Assembly: GCA_038064475.1 (NCBI GenBank)
Contig: JBBTTA010000003.1
Location: 24,985 to 88,984 of the forward strand
Direction: 5' to 3'
Length of the DNA stretch: 64,000 nt
From: Patescibacteria group bacterium
GTDB lineage: Bacteria; Patescibacteriota; Minisyncoccia; Phycocordibacterales; EsbW-18
Shown: piece after piece, positions 55,800 through 64,000 of the stretch
Layout: every line of letters starts with the position of its first letter
Position numbering within the stretch: position 1 is the stretch's first letter
The notes under the pieces: generated by a model
What the model was told of the DNA's origin: nothing
Seen by the model: the letters and a program-made list of their open reading frames with translations, nothing else
Database searches by the model: none
Program-made: the position numbers and the translations under genes

Positions 55800-56057
55800 A
55801 TGTTTCACATCAAAGAACTTTTTGATCGGTACAAACATATAACCCCTCCAGATGCCTCTATACGCTCCGCTGTTGTGAAGGCACTAGCACCTTGGAACAT
55901 CCATACACAAGAGCGTTCTGTGCGCGTTATACACACTGTGGTGTACCTCGATATAGATTCAGTATCAAAGAATGTTGTTTTTTTAAATAAAAACAAAATA
56001 CTCTCTGTAATTGCAGAGAGTATTGGAAAAGAAGGTGTTGTTAAAGATATTCGTTAG
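55800..56057 (+). CDS. Small DUF721-like protein downstream of dnaN
   Basis: 85 aa; position and size typical of DUF721 proteins after dnaN. Confidence 0.4.
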   Translation: MFHIKELFDRYKHITPPDASIRSAVVKALAPWNIHTQERSVRVIHTVVYLDIDSVSKNVVFLNKNKILSVIAESIGKEGVVKDIR

Positions 56058-58219
56058 TTGTTTTTCTCCTCGTCATAAGAATCATTAGATGTTTGGATAG
56101 GAATAAGAGCATCTCCACCGAAACCTTGCGAGATGGCCCATGTGCGCACAGGAGCTTCCCAATACTTAAATTGAGGATCTGAAGAGGGGGTTGATGGTAC
56201 TGGTCCATCAGGATTATCTTTATCTACCCAATACAAAATTGAGTGTACATCTTGCTCGACATACCACTTTCCGTTTTTACGAGTTGTGTCTCCTCCCTGC
56301 CAAATACCTTGCAGTATTAGTTTTGAAGCATCTGATGGTTCAGGTGGAATAAACACACCACCAGGATATTTTTCAATCGCCAACTCCATCACACGATGCC
56401 ACATCGGTGCAATGATAAAACCAGCAACTTTCTTCTCCATTGGTGTGTTGTCATTATTTCCCGCCCACGCACCAACAGAAACACCTTTGGTGTATCCAAT
56501 AACCCACGCATCACGATAGTCGTTTGTTGTACCTGTTTTTACGGCGACACCATACCCAGGGAAGTTAAGTGCTGATGTTCCACCGAACGCAGGCGCACGC
56601 GCCACGTTATCAGAAAGAATATCAGAGATAGTACGCGCGATGTTTGGAGTTAACACCGTTGCACCAACTTCTTTAAACTCTTCAAGTACAGCACCTGTAG
56701 TATCTTCAACTTTTAAAATTCCTGTTATTGGAAAACGTACACCGTCGTTTGCAAATACACCATACGCCGCAGTCATTTCGAGAAGTGTTACTTCACCACC
56801 ACCAAGCACAAGAGTAAGACCGTAGCGAGATGCGTCGGTGAGGGTGGTGATACCCATATTGCGAGCAGTCTTGATTGATTCATTAATTCCAGCAAGGTAT
56901 AAGGCTTTTACCGCAGGAATGTTTACTGATTGTGCGAGCGCGTTGCGGATAGTCATAGGTCCTCGATACACACTGTCGTAGTTTCCGGGGCTGTAACATT
57001 CTCCGTCGCTTGTGAGATCGGATACAGGACACGCTGTTGAAAATTGTGTAGGAAGATCAAAGAGGATTGTGTCTGGTGTAAAACCTTTTTTAAATGCTGT
57101 TGCATATACAAACGGTTTGAACGAAGAACCTGGTTGTCGGTGGGCTAACGTTATATTTACATTTCCATCGATAGTTTTATCAAAATAATCACGTGAACCA
57201 ACCATGGCGAGAATCTGACCTGTTTTTGGGTCAGTTGCCACAAGACCGGCGTTTGATGCATTAAAATTCTTTTCATTCTCTAATGCACCTTCTAAAAATA
57301 TTTTTTGTGCTTCTGTTTGAAGTTCAAAATCAAGTGTGGTAATTACACGCAATCCCTGTTCTTCAATGACACGCTGACCGTATTTGCGTTCAAGATATTC
57401 ACGAATATAAAATACGAAGTGGGGTGCTTGGAGACGTGTATCTGGACGAGCTAAAAATTCAACTTCTTCAGCGACTGCCACATCATGTTCTTCTTCGTTG
57501 ATAAAACCGTACTCAAGCATTTTTGCAAGCACGAGGTTTTTTCGATCAGATAAAGCGTCCACATGATTACCATACGGAGAGTAGTACGTAGGCGACTGTG
57601 GAAGTGCGGCAAGGTATGCAGACTCGGCGAGGGTTAACTCACCTGCGTTTTTATTGAAAAAAGTTCGACTGGCCTCCTCGATACCGTACATGGTGCCACC
57701 ATAGGGTGCTTCGTTAAGATAGAGTGCCAAAATTTCTTCTTTTGAAAGTACTTGTTCGAGTTTGAGCGACAACACCCACTCTTTTATTTTTCGAGAAATT
57801 GTTTTTTCTTGAGTAAGGAGTGCGTTCTTTACCACTTGTTGTGTGATGGTTGAACCACCTTGGCTGTAGCCGATTGACGTGAGGTTTACTAAAACTGCAC
57901 GAATGATTGAAGAAATTTTAAGACCGTTGTGTTCGTAAAAATCAGCATCCTCAATTGCTACCGCGGCGTTTTTTGCATGGCGTGAAATGTCTTCAAAGGG
58001 AACAACAGTTCGTTGAATGTTTTCGTGAAGGTCGTAGAGAAGGTGTTCACCGGTTCGATCATAAATCTTTGTTGACTGTTCGATTTTTCGTTCTTCAAAC
58101 ACATCAAAGTCGGGGAGGCGGAGTGATGCGGCCCATAACAATAAACCACCAACAAAAAAGACTGCTACTGAGCCAACAAGCCAGAGCAAGGTTATATGTT
58201 TTTTGGTGAGTCGCGGCAT
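56054..58219 (-). CDS. Class A penicillin-binding protein (transglycosylase + transpeptidase)
   Basis: N-terminal TM, GT51 motifs EDADFYEHNG, GGSTITQQ; transpeptidase SxxK/SxN/KTG (KTGTTND). Confidence 0.9.
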   Translation of the reverse strand: MPRLTKKHITLLWLVGSVAVFFVGGLLLWAASLRLPDFDVFEERKIEQSTKIYDRTGEHLLYDLHENIQRTVVPFEDISRHAKNAAVAIEDADFYEHNGLKISSIIRAVLVNLTSIGYSQGGSTITQQVVKNALLTQEKTISRKIKEWVLSLKLEQVLSKEEILALYLNEAPYGGTMYGIEEASRTFFNKNAGELTLAESAYLAALPQSPTYYSPYGNHVDALSDRKNLVLAKMLEYGFINEEEHDVAVAEEVEFLARPDTRLQAPHFVFYIREYLERKYGQRVIEEQGLRVITTLDFELQTEAQKIFLEGALENEKNFNASNAGLVATDPKTGQILAMVGSRDYFDKTIDGNVNITLAHRQPGSSFKPFVYATAFKKGFTPDTILFDLPTQFSTACPVSDLTSDGECYSPGNYDSVYRGPMTIRNALAQSVNIPAVKALYLAGINESIKTARNMGITTLTDASRYGLTLVLGGGEVTLLEMTAAYGVFANDGVRFPITGILKVEDTTGAVLEEFKEVGATVLTPNIARTISDILSDNVARAPAFGGTSALNFPGYGVAVKTGTTNDYRDAWVIGYTKGVSVGAWAGNNDNTPMEKKVAGFIIAPMWHRVMELAIEKYPGGVFIPPEPSDASKLILQGIWQGGDTTRKNGKWYVEQDVHSILYWVDKDNPDGPVPSTPSSDPQFKYWEAPVRTWAISQGFGGDALIPIQTSNDSYDEEKNN

Positions 58220-58268
58220 CTAGATTTCGAGTATACCCCGTTGAGAGACCTTTTTCTATAGAAAAACA

Positions 58269-58303
58269 CCCCGCAGCACTTTGTGCTGCAAAGTGCTGCG
58301 GGG
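58269..58303. terminator. Strong hairpin (15-bp arms) between the acidic-protein gene and the PBP gene
   Basis: ccccgcagcactttg-tgctg-caaagtgctgcgggg. Confidence 0.6.
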
Positions 58304-58321
58304 TGAAACCCTTAGGTTTTA

Positions 58322-58531
58322 CTACTCATCAAGACCTCCCTCATCCATTTCGTCGGGGTCGTCCATTTCTGGATCTTCAACATCTTCGCTGGGCTCAACA
58401 GGGCGAGCCTTGTGAGGGGGTTCTTCAACCTCGTCCTCTACAGGAAGTGTATATGTGGCTGTGTCGTCATCGTCTCCAACTACCACGTCGTCATCAAGTG
58501 TAATACCTTGATTCAAAATATCATCAGGCAT
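58322..58531 (-). CDS. Small highly acidic protein
   Basis: Asp/Glu-rich; start ambiguous (58531 or 58576). Confidence 0.4.
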   Translation of the reverse strand: MPDDILNQGITLDDDVVVGDDDDTATYTLPVEDEVEEPPHKARPVEPSEDVEDPEMDDPDEMDEGGLDE

Positions 58532-58651
58532 GGTACAAAAATTCGTATTAGATAAGTAACAATTTTGTTTCCCCACAAGGGAACGTCATCTTTTTACCAA
58601 AACTACAGGGTGAGTCAATACCCTAAACAACACGAAGTGGATAAGTCAACT

Positions 58652-59128
58652 TTAGCGAGAATGAGAAACAAGTGCGGTAAGTGCCACTGCAATCGCATCA
58701 TATTCATCATCGCGCATTTTTTTATCGGGAATTTCAATAAGATGATGGAGCATTGCTGCGACATCTTCTTTTGATCCACGACCACTTCCTGCGACAGCAC
58801 TTTTTACTTGTTGTGGAGCAAATTCTTGTATCTGACAGTTTGCATTTTGTGCAACATACAAAAGAGCACCACGAACTTCAGCAACATGCATTGCTGTTTT
58901 TTGATTGTTACTGAAAAAAAGTGTTTCGAGTGCAATCACGTCGGGTGAAAATTGATCAATAACAGACACAATACGTTCAATGCCGGCATGAAGACGTTCT
59001 GCAAACGGAAGGTTCTTACCCGTTTCAAAACATTCTGAATGGAGGAGGGCATGTGTTTCTCGAGTACCTTCAAGAATTGCGATACCAAGTCTGTCGTATC
59101 CGGGATCTATACCAAGGACTCGAATCAT
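58652..59128 (-). CDS. ruvC: Crossover junction endodeoxyribonuclease RuvC
   Basis: Start MIRVLGIDPGYDRLGIAILE; catalytic Asp/Glu pattern. Confidence 0.9.
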   Translation of the reverse strand: MIRVLGIDPGYDRLGIAILEGTRETHALLHSECFETGKNLPFAERLHAGIERIVSVIDQFSPDVIALETLFFSNNQKTAMHVAEVRGALLYVAQNANCQIQEFAPQQVKSAVAGSGRGSKEDVAAMLHHLIEIPDKKMRDDEYDAIAVALTALVSHSR

Positions 59129-59144
59129 AAAGAAATAACAGATA

Positions 59145-59225
59145 ACAAAGAACAGATAACAAAAAACAAGGAACAAGACAGATTTTTCTGTTCTTTATTC
59201 TCTATTCTCTGTTTTTTGTTTTCTG
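59145..59225. repeat. Imperfect inverted block of heptamer-like repeats (aacagat/aacaaag ... tctgttc/tctattc) between yebC and ruvC
   Basis: Read directly; the two halves are approximate reverse complements. Confidence 0.7.
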
Positions 59226-59227
59226 TT

Positions 59228-59755
59228 TTAGGCTGCATTGGTGTAGATGTCTTGAATATCGTCGTGGTCGTGAAGGTCTTCCATAAGTGCACCAAGCTTT
59301 TCTTCGTCATCTTCCGAAAGTGTAACGGTGTTGTTTGGTGTGTACCCACCCTCGGCGTTTTTAGTGAAGGCCCACATGACAGATCCTTGTGTACCAAGTG
59401 ATGTGTTGTGTTCTGACAAGAGATGTTTTATTTCTTGCACCGTACGATTGTTGTTGTCGGTGAGTCCGGTGATGATGAGGGCACAGCCTCCGGGTCCGTA
59501 TGCTTCATACAGTACTTTTTCATCTGCCTGTGCACCCATGGCGGACGCAACAGCACGTTCAATATTTTCTTTTGGCATGTATGCCGCTTTTGCGTTTTCA
59601 ATTGCAGCACGAAGCATGGGGGAGTTTATGTCGCCTTTTGCAAGACGAGCCTCAACACGAATAAGTTTTGCGTATTTGGTGAAAAGCTTACTACGTTTTG
59701 CATCAGTCGCACCCTTCTTTTCTTTAATTTGTTTCCACTTATTGTGACCTGCCAT
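59228..59755 (-). CDS. YebC/PmpR family DNA-binding regulator
   Basis: MAGHNKWKQIKEKKGATDAKRSKLFTKYAKLI canonical N-terminus. Confidence 0.85.
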   Translation of the reverse strand: MAGHNKWKQIKEKKGATDAKRSKLFTKYAKLIRVEARLAKGDINSPMLRAAIENAKAAYMPKENIERAVASAMGAQADEKVLYEAYGPGGCALIITGLTDNNNRTVQEIKHLLSEHNTSLGTQGSVMWAFTKNAEGGYTPNNTVTLSEDDEEKLGALMEDLHDHDDIQDIYTNAA

Positions 59756-59941
59756 AAAAATGAGAATTAGGAATTAAGAATCATGAATCAAGGAAAATCC
59801 CATACCGTCATTCCGCCCTCTAGGCAGGTAAAGTATATCAAAATACACAAAAGGCGGAGAGGGCGGGGTTGCAAAAATATAGTCGTTTCACTCCTTATTT
59901 TTGGTAAGACGAAGGCCCGCTTGAGGCGGGCCCACTGAACA

Positions 59942-60295
59942 CTAGGAAGGTTTTAAAATTTTTCCTCGCATGTATCGCACGTGTTTGTGCAGGAAGCGTG
60001 CAACGACAACTCCCATGACGTTGCCACACACATAACCACCAAAAACTCCGAGAAGATAAACAAGCCAGTTTGTGTCCCGAATCGGACCAGGGTGGAACGC
60101 TGTTGCTGGGAAGATCGGAGCGATGAGGACAATCAGTGTGAAAAACATGCCAGAAATCTTTCTGATCCTGAGTTCGTCGATACAGACGGCGACGCTCGTT
60201 GCCAACACAGGCAACCAGAGATACTTGAGGGCAAGAAACAATCCCCACAAGATCCACTCTACGATGAACCAGCACGTCCCAGGCACGTCCTGCAT
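59942..60295 (-). CDS. Small membrane protein, hypothetical
   Basis: 117 aa, 3-4 TM helices; hairpin ggcccgc-ttgag-gcgggcc at 59913..59933 downstream. Confidence 0.5.
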   Translation of the reverse strand: MQDVPGTCWFIVEWILWGLFLALKYLWLPVLATSVAVCIDELRIRKISGMFFTLIVLIAPIFPATAFHPGPIRDTNWLVYLLGVFGGYVCGNVMGVVVARFLHKHVRYMRGKILKPS

Positions 60296-60343
60296 ACTTA
60301 CCCCCTTAGGTGTGAAGAGAACACGTCCTACAGTATTGTACCA

Positions 60344-61363
60344 CTACAGAAGTGTTCCTTGATTCTTTCCACGTACATGTAACTTTCCTTTTTCAGTGAT
60401 TGCACGACCACGGGGTGTGCGCTCAAGAAAACCTAATTGCATCAAATAGGGTTCCAATACTTCCTCAATTGTTGCGATGTCTTCAGAAAGGGAAGCAGAG
60501 AGTGTTGAAAGTCCGGCAGGACCACCATTAAAGTTTTCAATCAACACCGACAAGAGTTTTCGATCTGCTGTTGTGAGACCAACATGATCCACTCCAAGCA
60601 AATCAAACGCTTTTAAGGCAACATCAAGCGACAAAGGCTCTTTCGTGACCTGTGCAAAATCACGCGCACGCTTCAACAGATGATTTGCGGTGCGCGGGGT
60701 GAAGCGACTGCGTCGTGCAATTTCCCTGAATGCATCTTCCGACGCCTCAATACCCAACAAATGTGCAGAACGTCGTACGATGTCAAGAATTTCATCTTCA
60801 GTATAAAAAGCCAAACGGAATGTGCCTCCAGAAAATCGTGAACGAAGCGGTGACGACAACATTGCAACGCGTGTTGTCGCTGCAACAAGTGTGAATGGAG
60901 GAAGTTCAAGTTGCACGGTGCGCGCTGACGGACCCTTACCGATGATGATGTCGAGTCGCCCCGACTCCATGGCAGGGTAGAGCACTTCTTCAATCGCGCG
61001 ATTCAAGCGATGAACCTCATCGATGAATAAAATATCACCAGGAGAAAGATTAGTGAGGAGTGCGGCGAGATCACCCACTTTTTCAATTGCAGGGCCTGAG
61101 GTCACCTTCATGGTGCCACCTAATTCTGTTGCAATAAGATGTGCGAGGGTTGTTTTTCCGAGTCCGGCAGGGCCGTAGAGAAGCACGTGCTCAGGTGATT
61201 GGCCGCGTTCTTTGGCAGCTGCAAGTAAAATACGGAGGTTTTCTTTTATGTGAGGCTGGCCAATATATTCTTCCCAAACATTGGGACGCAATGCGGCGTC
61301 TAACGATGTGTCAGATGATGAAAAAGGGGGAGTCTTGGGGGTGCGTGGCGAGGGTCTTGACAT
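60344..61363 (-). CDS. ruvB: Holliday junction branch-migration helicase RuvB
   Basis: Walker A LLYGPAGLGKTTLA, Walker B ILFIDEVHRL, sensor motifs. Confidence 0.95.
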   Translation of the reverse strand: MSRPSPRTPKTPPFSSSDTSLDAALRPNVWEEYIGQPHIKENLRILLAAAKERGQSPEHVLLYGPAGLGKTTLAHLIATELGGTMKVTSGPAIEKVGDLAALLTNLSPGDILFIDEVHRLNRAIEEVLYPAMESGRLDIIIGKGPSARTVQLELPPFTLVAATTRVAMLSSPLRSRFSGGTFRLAFYTEDEILDIVRRSAHLLGIEASEDAFREIARRSRFTPRTANHLLKRARDFAQVTKEPLSLDVALKAFDLLGVDHVGLTTADRKLLSVLIENFNGGPAGLSTLSASLSEDIATIEEVLEPYLMQLGFLERTPRGRAITEKGKLHVRGKNQGTLL

Positions 61364-61429
61364 ATAAACTGGAACATGCTAAGATGCTCCATAGCGTTTC
61401 CCAAGGATTGGAAGAGACAAGCGACGCAA

Positions 61430-61600
61430 AAAGCGCGCAGTGTCGTAGGTTCCAGGTGAGAAATCTCTAAGTGAACATCATGCCTTCCCGCATGCGTGTG
61501 GTCCGTGAGGATCTGTTGGTTTTCCCGATTTATCGAGAAAGCGAACAGTCTCCTTAACAGACGGCGCGGCTTTGCTTAGAGATTTCTACTCTGCGAACAA
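61430..61600. ncRNA. Possible structured ncRNA in the 330-bp ruvB-pilB spacer (long closing stem); identity unknown
   Basis: gagaaatctctaag (61453..61466) pairs with cttagagatttct-c (61578..61592), enclosing about 110 nt containing further short stems; no ORF. Confidence 0.2.
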
Positions 61601-61693
61601 CTCACACTCCTCACTATACACCTTTCGAAATGTTTGCAAAGGGCTCCGCGCAATGCGGAGCCCTTTGTGTATCCTGTCAAACCTTCAAAATTT

Positions 61694-63373
61694 TTAATCA
61701 GTGATATCAATCACACGAATTACTTCTTCGAGAGATGTCTGTCCTTCCAAAATTTTTATGATGCCGTCTTGAGCCATCGTGAAGAATCCTTGCTCGGCGG
61801 AAACCTTCTTAATTTCGCGCTCACTTGGACTCATTTCAATCACGTCTTCGATTTTTGCATCCATAAATACGGCCTCAAATAAGCCCATACGGCCTTTGTA
61901 ACCCATACCACCACATGCAGGACACCCACCGCCAGACACCCACATATGATCGCGCTGAAGTCCTGTAATTTTTTCTTGTTTTGTTACTGTTTGAAGCACC
62001 GTATCAATTTGAATTTTTGTTTCTGCATCAATCGAAACTTCTTTTTTACATTTTTCACACAACTTACGCACAAGACGTTGTGCGAGTGCAACACTCACTG
62101 CAGAACCGAGCACGCGTGGATTAATTCCAAGATCAATCAATCGTGTGAATGCGCCCGCAGCAGAGTTGGTGTGCAATGTTGAGAACACCAAGTGTCCCGT
62201 AAGTGCGGCGTGAATTGCAATCTCTGCAGTTTCGTTATCACGAATTTCACCAACCATGATGACGTCAGGGTCTTGTCGAAGTGCCGCGCGAAGTCCTGAA
62301 GAAAATGTATATTCTTTTTCTGCATCAACTTGTGTTTGTACAACACCAGGAAGGTGGTACTCGATTGGGTCTTCAATTGTCAAAATTTTAATTTCTGGCG
62401 TGTGCACTTTGCGCAAAAAGGCGTAGAGGGTTGTCGTCTTACCAGATCCAGTCGGACCAGTGTTCAAAATAAGTCCATTTGGCTTTGCTATTTCTCGTAT
62501 AAGAACATCAAGGAGTTCTTTACGCATACCCAACACTTCAATAGATGCACTGATAGTGTCGGGGTTCAACACACGCATCACGATTGATTCGCCGTACTGT
62601 CCCGGAAGGATAGAGGTACGAATTTCAATATCTGCCTTACCCATGCGAATACTGAAACGACCATCCTGTGCTTCTTGTTGTACGTTCAACTTCAAACCGG
62701 AAAGCAATTTGATACGAGAAAGGAGAAGGCGATACGTTTCATGATCGAAGAAAATAACATCAGTCAAAATACCATCGAGACGCATACGCAAACGAACACT
62801 CGCTTCCTCTGGTTCGATATGGATGTCTGATGAATGTGTTGCAAGTGCACCTGCAACCAACACTTCAGCGATACGTGAGGTACGAAAGGCTTTTTTCAGT
62901 GTGAGTGTTTCTTCAATATGTTTTTTTACAGTCTCGATGTCATGTACATCAGCGACAAACTTTTCAATTTCGTCACTTGAAATATCGAGCATGCCGCGGC
63001 GGCTTGCTGTGGTTGATGCAAAGTCTTTGTATCGTTCCCATGCAAAGACAAGACTCTTTGTAGAGGTGAGAAAAACAGAAGGGGTAAAACCCTTATTTGT
63101 AAGGGCATCGAGCGCTTTTTGTGTTTCTGGATCGTTCGGAGAGTGAACGGCTACATCGAGTGCTTTTTCAGCAACATTAAACGCTGCAATGTGTGCTGCG
63201 CGCGCAACATCTTCATGAATGAGCACAAGGGCGTCGGGGCTAATTGAAATACTTGTCAGATCAACGTACGGAATACCGTACTTTTCCGACAACGTTTTCA
63301 TGACATCCTCTTCTTCTTGTTCGCGGAGTTGTTTATATTTTCGCTCCTGTTTTGATTCATTGAACTCGGGCAT
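61694..63373 (-). CDS. pilB: Type IV pilus assembly / T2SS-family ATPase (PilB/GspE-like)
   Basis: N-terminal GSPII-like domain, Walker A GPTGSGKTTT, Asp box, Walker B DPDVIMVGEIRD, His box, tetracysteine CEKCKK...CPACGG. Confidence 0.85.
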   Translation of the reverse strand: MPEFNESKQERKYKQLREQEEEDVMKTLSEKYGIPYVDLTSISISPDALVLIHEDVARAAHIAAFNVAEKALDVAVHSPNDPETQKALDALTNKGFTPSVFLTSTKSLVFAWERYKDFASTTASRRGMLDISSDEIEKFVADVHDIETVKKHIEETLTLKKAFRTSRIAEVLVAGALATHSSDIHIEPEEASVRLRMRLDGILTDVIFFDHETYRLLLSRIKLLSGLKLNVQQEAQDGRFSIRMGKADIEIRTSILPGQYGESIVMRVLNPDTISASIEVLGMRKELLDVLIREIAKPNGLILNTGPTGSGKTTTLYAFLRKVHTPEIKILTIEDPIEYHLPGVVQTQVDAEKEYTFSSGLRAALRQDPDVIMVGEIRDNETAEIAIHAALTGHLVFSTLHTNSAAGAFTRLIDLGINPRVLGSAVSVALAQRLVRKLCEKCKKEVSIDAETKIQIDTVLQTVTKQEKITGLQRDHMWVSGGGCPACGGMGYKGRMGLFEAVFMDAKIEDVIEMSPSEREIKKVSAEQGFFTMAQDGIIKILEGQTSLEEVIRVIDITD

Positions 63374-63451
63374 ACTCGTTCTAGTGTACCACTTTGTGTA
63401 TGAAAAAGATGAAGCCGCAGGCGCGTGGCGCGCCTGCGGCGGTGAAGGGAA

Positions 63452-63688
63452 TCAGATGTTGTACTCGTGACAGATCGTCTCGAGTTTCCTCGCGAGTGCG
63501 GGGAGATTAGAGCGACCCATGGCACTGGCGAACTCCACATCATTCCGAGCGTTGAGGATGTTGGCGTATGCCCTGTGATTCCTAGCTCTTGCGATCTTTT
63601 GTAGGACACCCGTCGCGAGATCCAGAACCAGCTTGACGTGAAGGCCAGCGACATCGAGCCCCGGCGCCTGTCGTACCAGCGCTTCCAT
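63452..63688 (-). CDS. Hypothetical small protein encoded by a GC-rich patch
   Basis: 78-aa ORF with AGGGGG 5 nt upstream; local GC clearly above flanks; no recognisable domain. Confidence 0.3.
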   Translation of the reverse strand: MEALVRQAPGLDVAGLHVKLVLDLATGVLQKIARARNHRAYANILNARNDVEFASAMGRSNLPALARKLETICHEYNI

Positions 63689-63793
63689 GAGACCCCCTTT
63701 CGGTTAGAACTGCGTTGTATGTAAAACAAGACCACCTACCGAAATTTGTACCATGTGCCGAAAGAGCGGTCAACATAATACGAGGTGTACAAT

Positions 63794-64000
63794 ATGTGGA
63801 TGACGACGGTTTCTATTACATCGCTTCCCGTGATGGATCAGTTTGCAAAAGATTTTTTGCTACGCATTTCTCCAACTGATACTGCGCGCGTCATTTGTTT
63901 ACAAGGGGACTTAGGTGCGGGTAAAACGGCATTTGTAAAAAGTATTGCGAAGGCATTTGGCATATCTGAGCACATCACAAGTCCGACGTTTGTTATTCAA
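63794..64000 (+). CDS. tsaE: tRNA threonylcarbamoyladenosine biosynthesis ATPase TsaE (N-terminal part, continues past the window)
   Basis: GDLGAGKTAFVKSIAKAFGI...TSPTFV matches the TsaE/YjeE P-loop region; RBS GAGGTG. Confidence 0.7.
   Translation, partial: MWMTTVSITSLPVMDQFAKDFLLRISPTDTARVICLQGDLGAGKTAFVKSIAKAFGISEHITSPTFVIQ

Noticed and set aside
3476-59225. Short tandem repeat arrays considered as a CRISPR array
   Set aside because: Units are 7 nt with no spacers, arrays are only 4-5 units, and no cas genes are present. The Cas2-like resemblance of the PaaX-like C-terminus is only a fold-level similarity.
63400-63700. High-GC ORF 63452..63688 considered as the missing DUF5753/XRE partner of the DUF397 gene
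   Set aside because: No HTH or DUF5753-like motifs are recognisable and it is 54 kb away. It is retained only as a low-confidence hypothetical CDS.

Overview
The window reads as a low-to-moderate GC bacterial chromosome segment with the gene content of a Patescibacteria/CPR (Parcubacteria-like) genome: small informational genes, many secreted or membrane hypotheticals, a PilB ATPase, and tRNAs that lack an encoded CCA end. It spans the replication origin neighbourhood, with rpmH-rnpA-yidC on the minus strand and dnaA-dnaN on the plus strand at about 52.5-55.8 kb. Recognisable housekeeping genes include:
- hisS (partial at the window start), rplL, rplJ, nusA, ppa, tig and clpP
- rny, hup, cca, xth, a Xer-type recombinase and rpsO
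- comM/yifB, a UvrD/PcrA helicase, rsmA and a class A PBP
- ruvC, yebC, ruvB, pilB and tsaE (partial at the window end)
Four tRNA genes are present: Gly-TCC, Pro-TGG, Gly-GCC and Arg-TCG.
The feature I would look at first is a roughly 12.6 kb type IV secretion/conjugation-like cluster at 39.1-51.8 kb, immediately beside the oriC region.
- Its components are a VirB6/TrbL-like polytopic protein, a PrgI/VirB3-like protein, a VirB4 ATPase split by one in-frame TAA, and a VirB2-like pilin fused to a LAS/M15-type peptidase-like domain, plus secreted proteins.
- Two of its genes carry perfect 4-unit heptanucleotide tandem repeats at their 5' coding ends, which could act as slip-strand phase-variation switches.
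- A four-helix-bundle (TIGR02436-like) gene flanked by heptamer-repeat blocks is inserted in the cluster.
Other notable observations:
- Heptamer tandem repeats occur elsewhere (within the Xer recombinase CDS, and upstream of capA and uvrD), suggesting a genome-wide heptamer SSR system.
- Two inverted 107-bp structured elements abut the 3' ends of tRNA-Pro and tRNA-Gly and bracket a 1.1 kb segment.
- Several foreign-looking GC-rich cassettes are present, the clearest being an actinobacterial-type DUF397 gene next to a GC-rich secreted metzincin-like protease.
- A PaaX-like regulator gene is flanked by two long perfect palindromes.
- Families of short triloop palindromes and a recurrent GGGTATACT-containing motif sit near gene starts.
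No CRISPR array, rRNA or obvious prophage was found.
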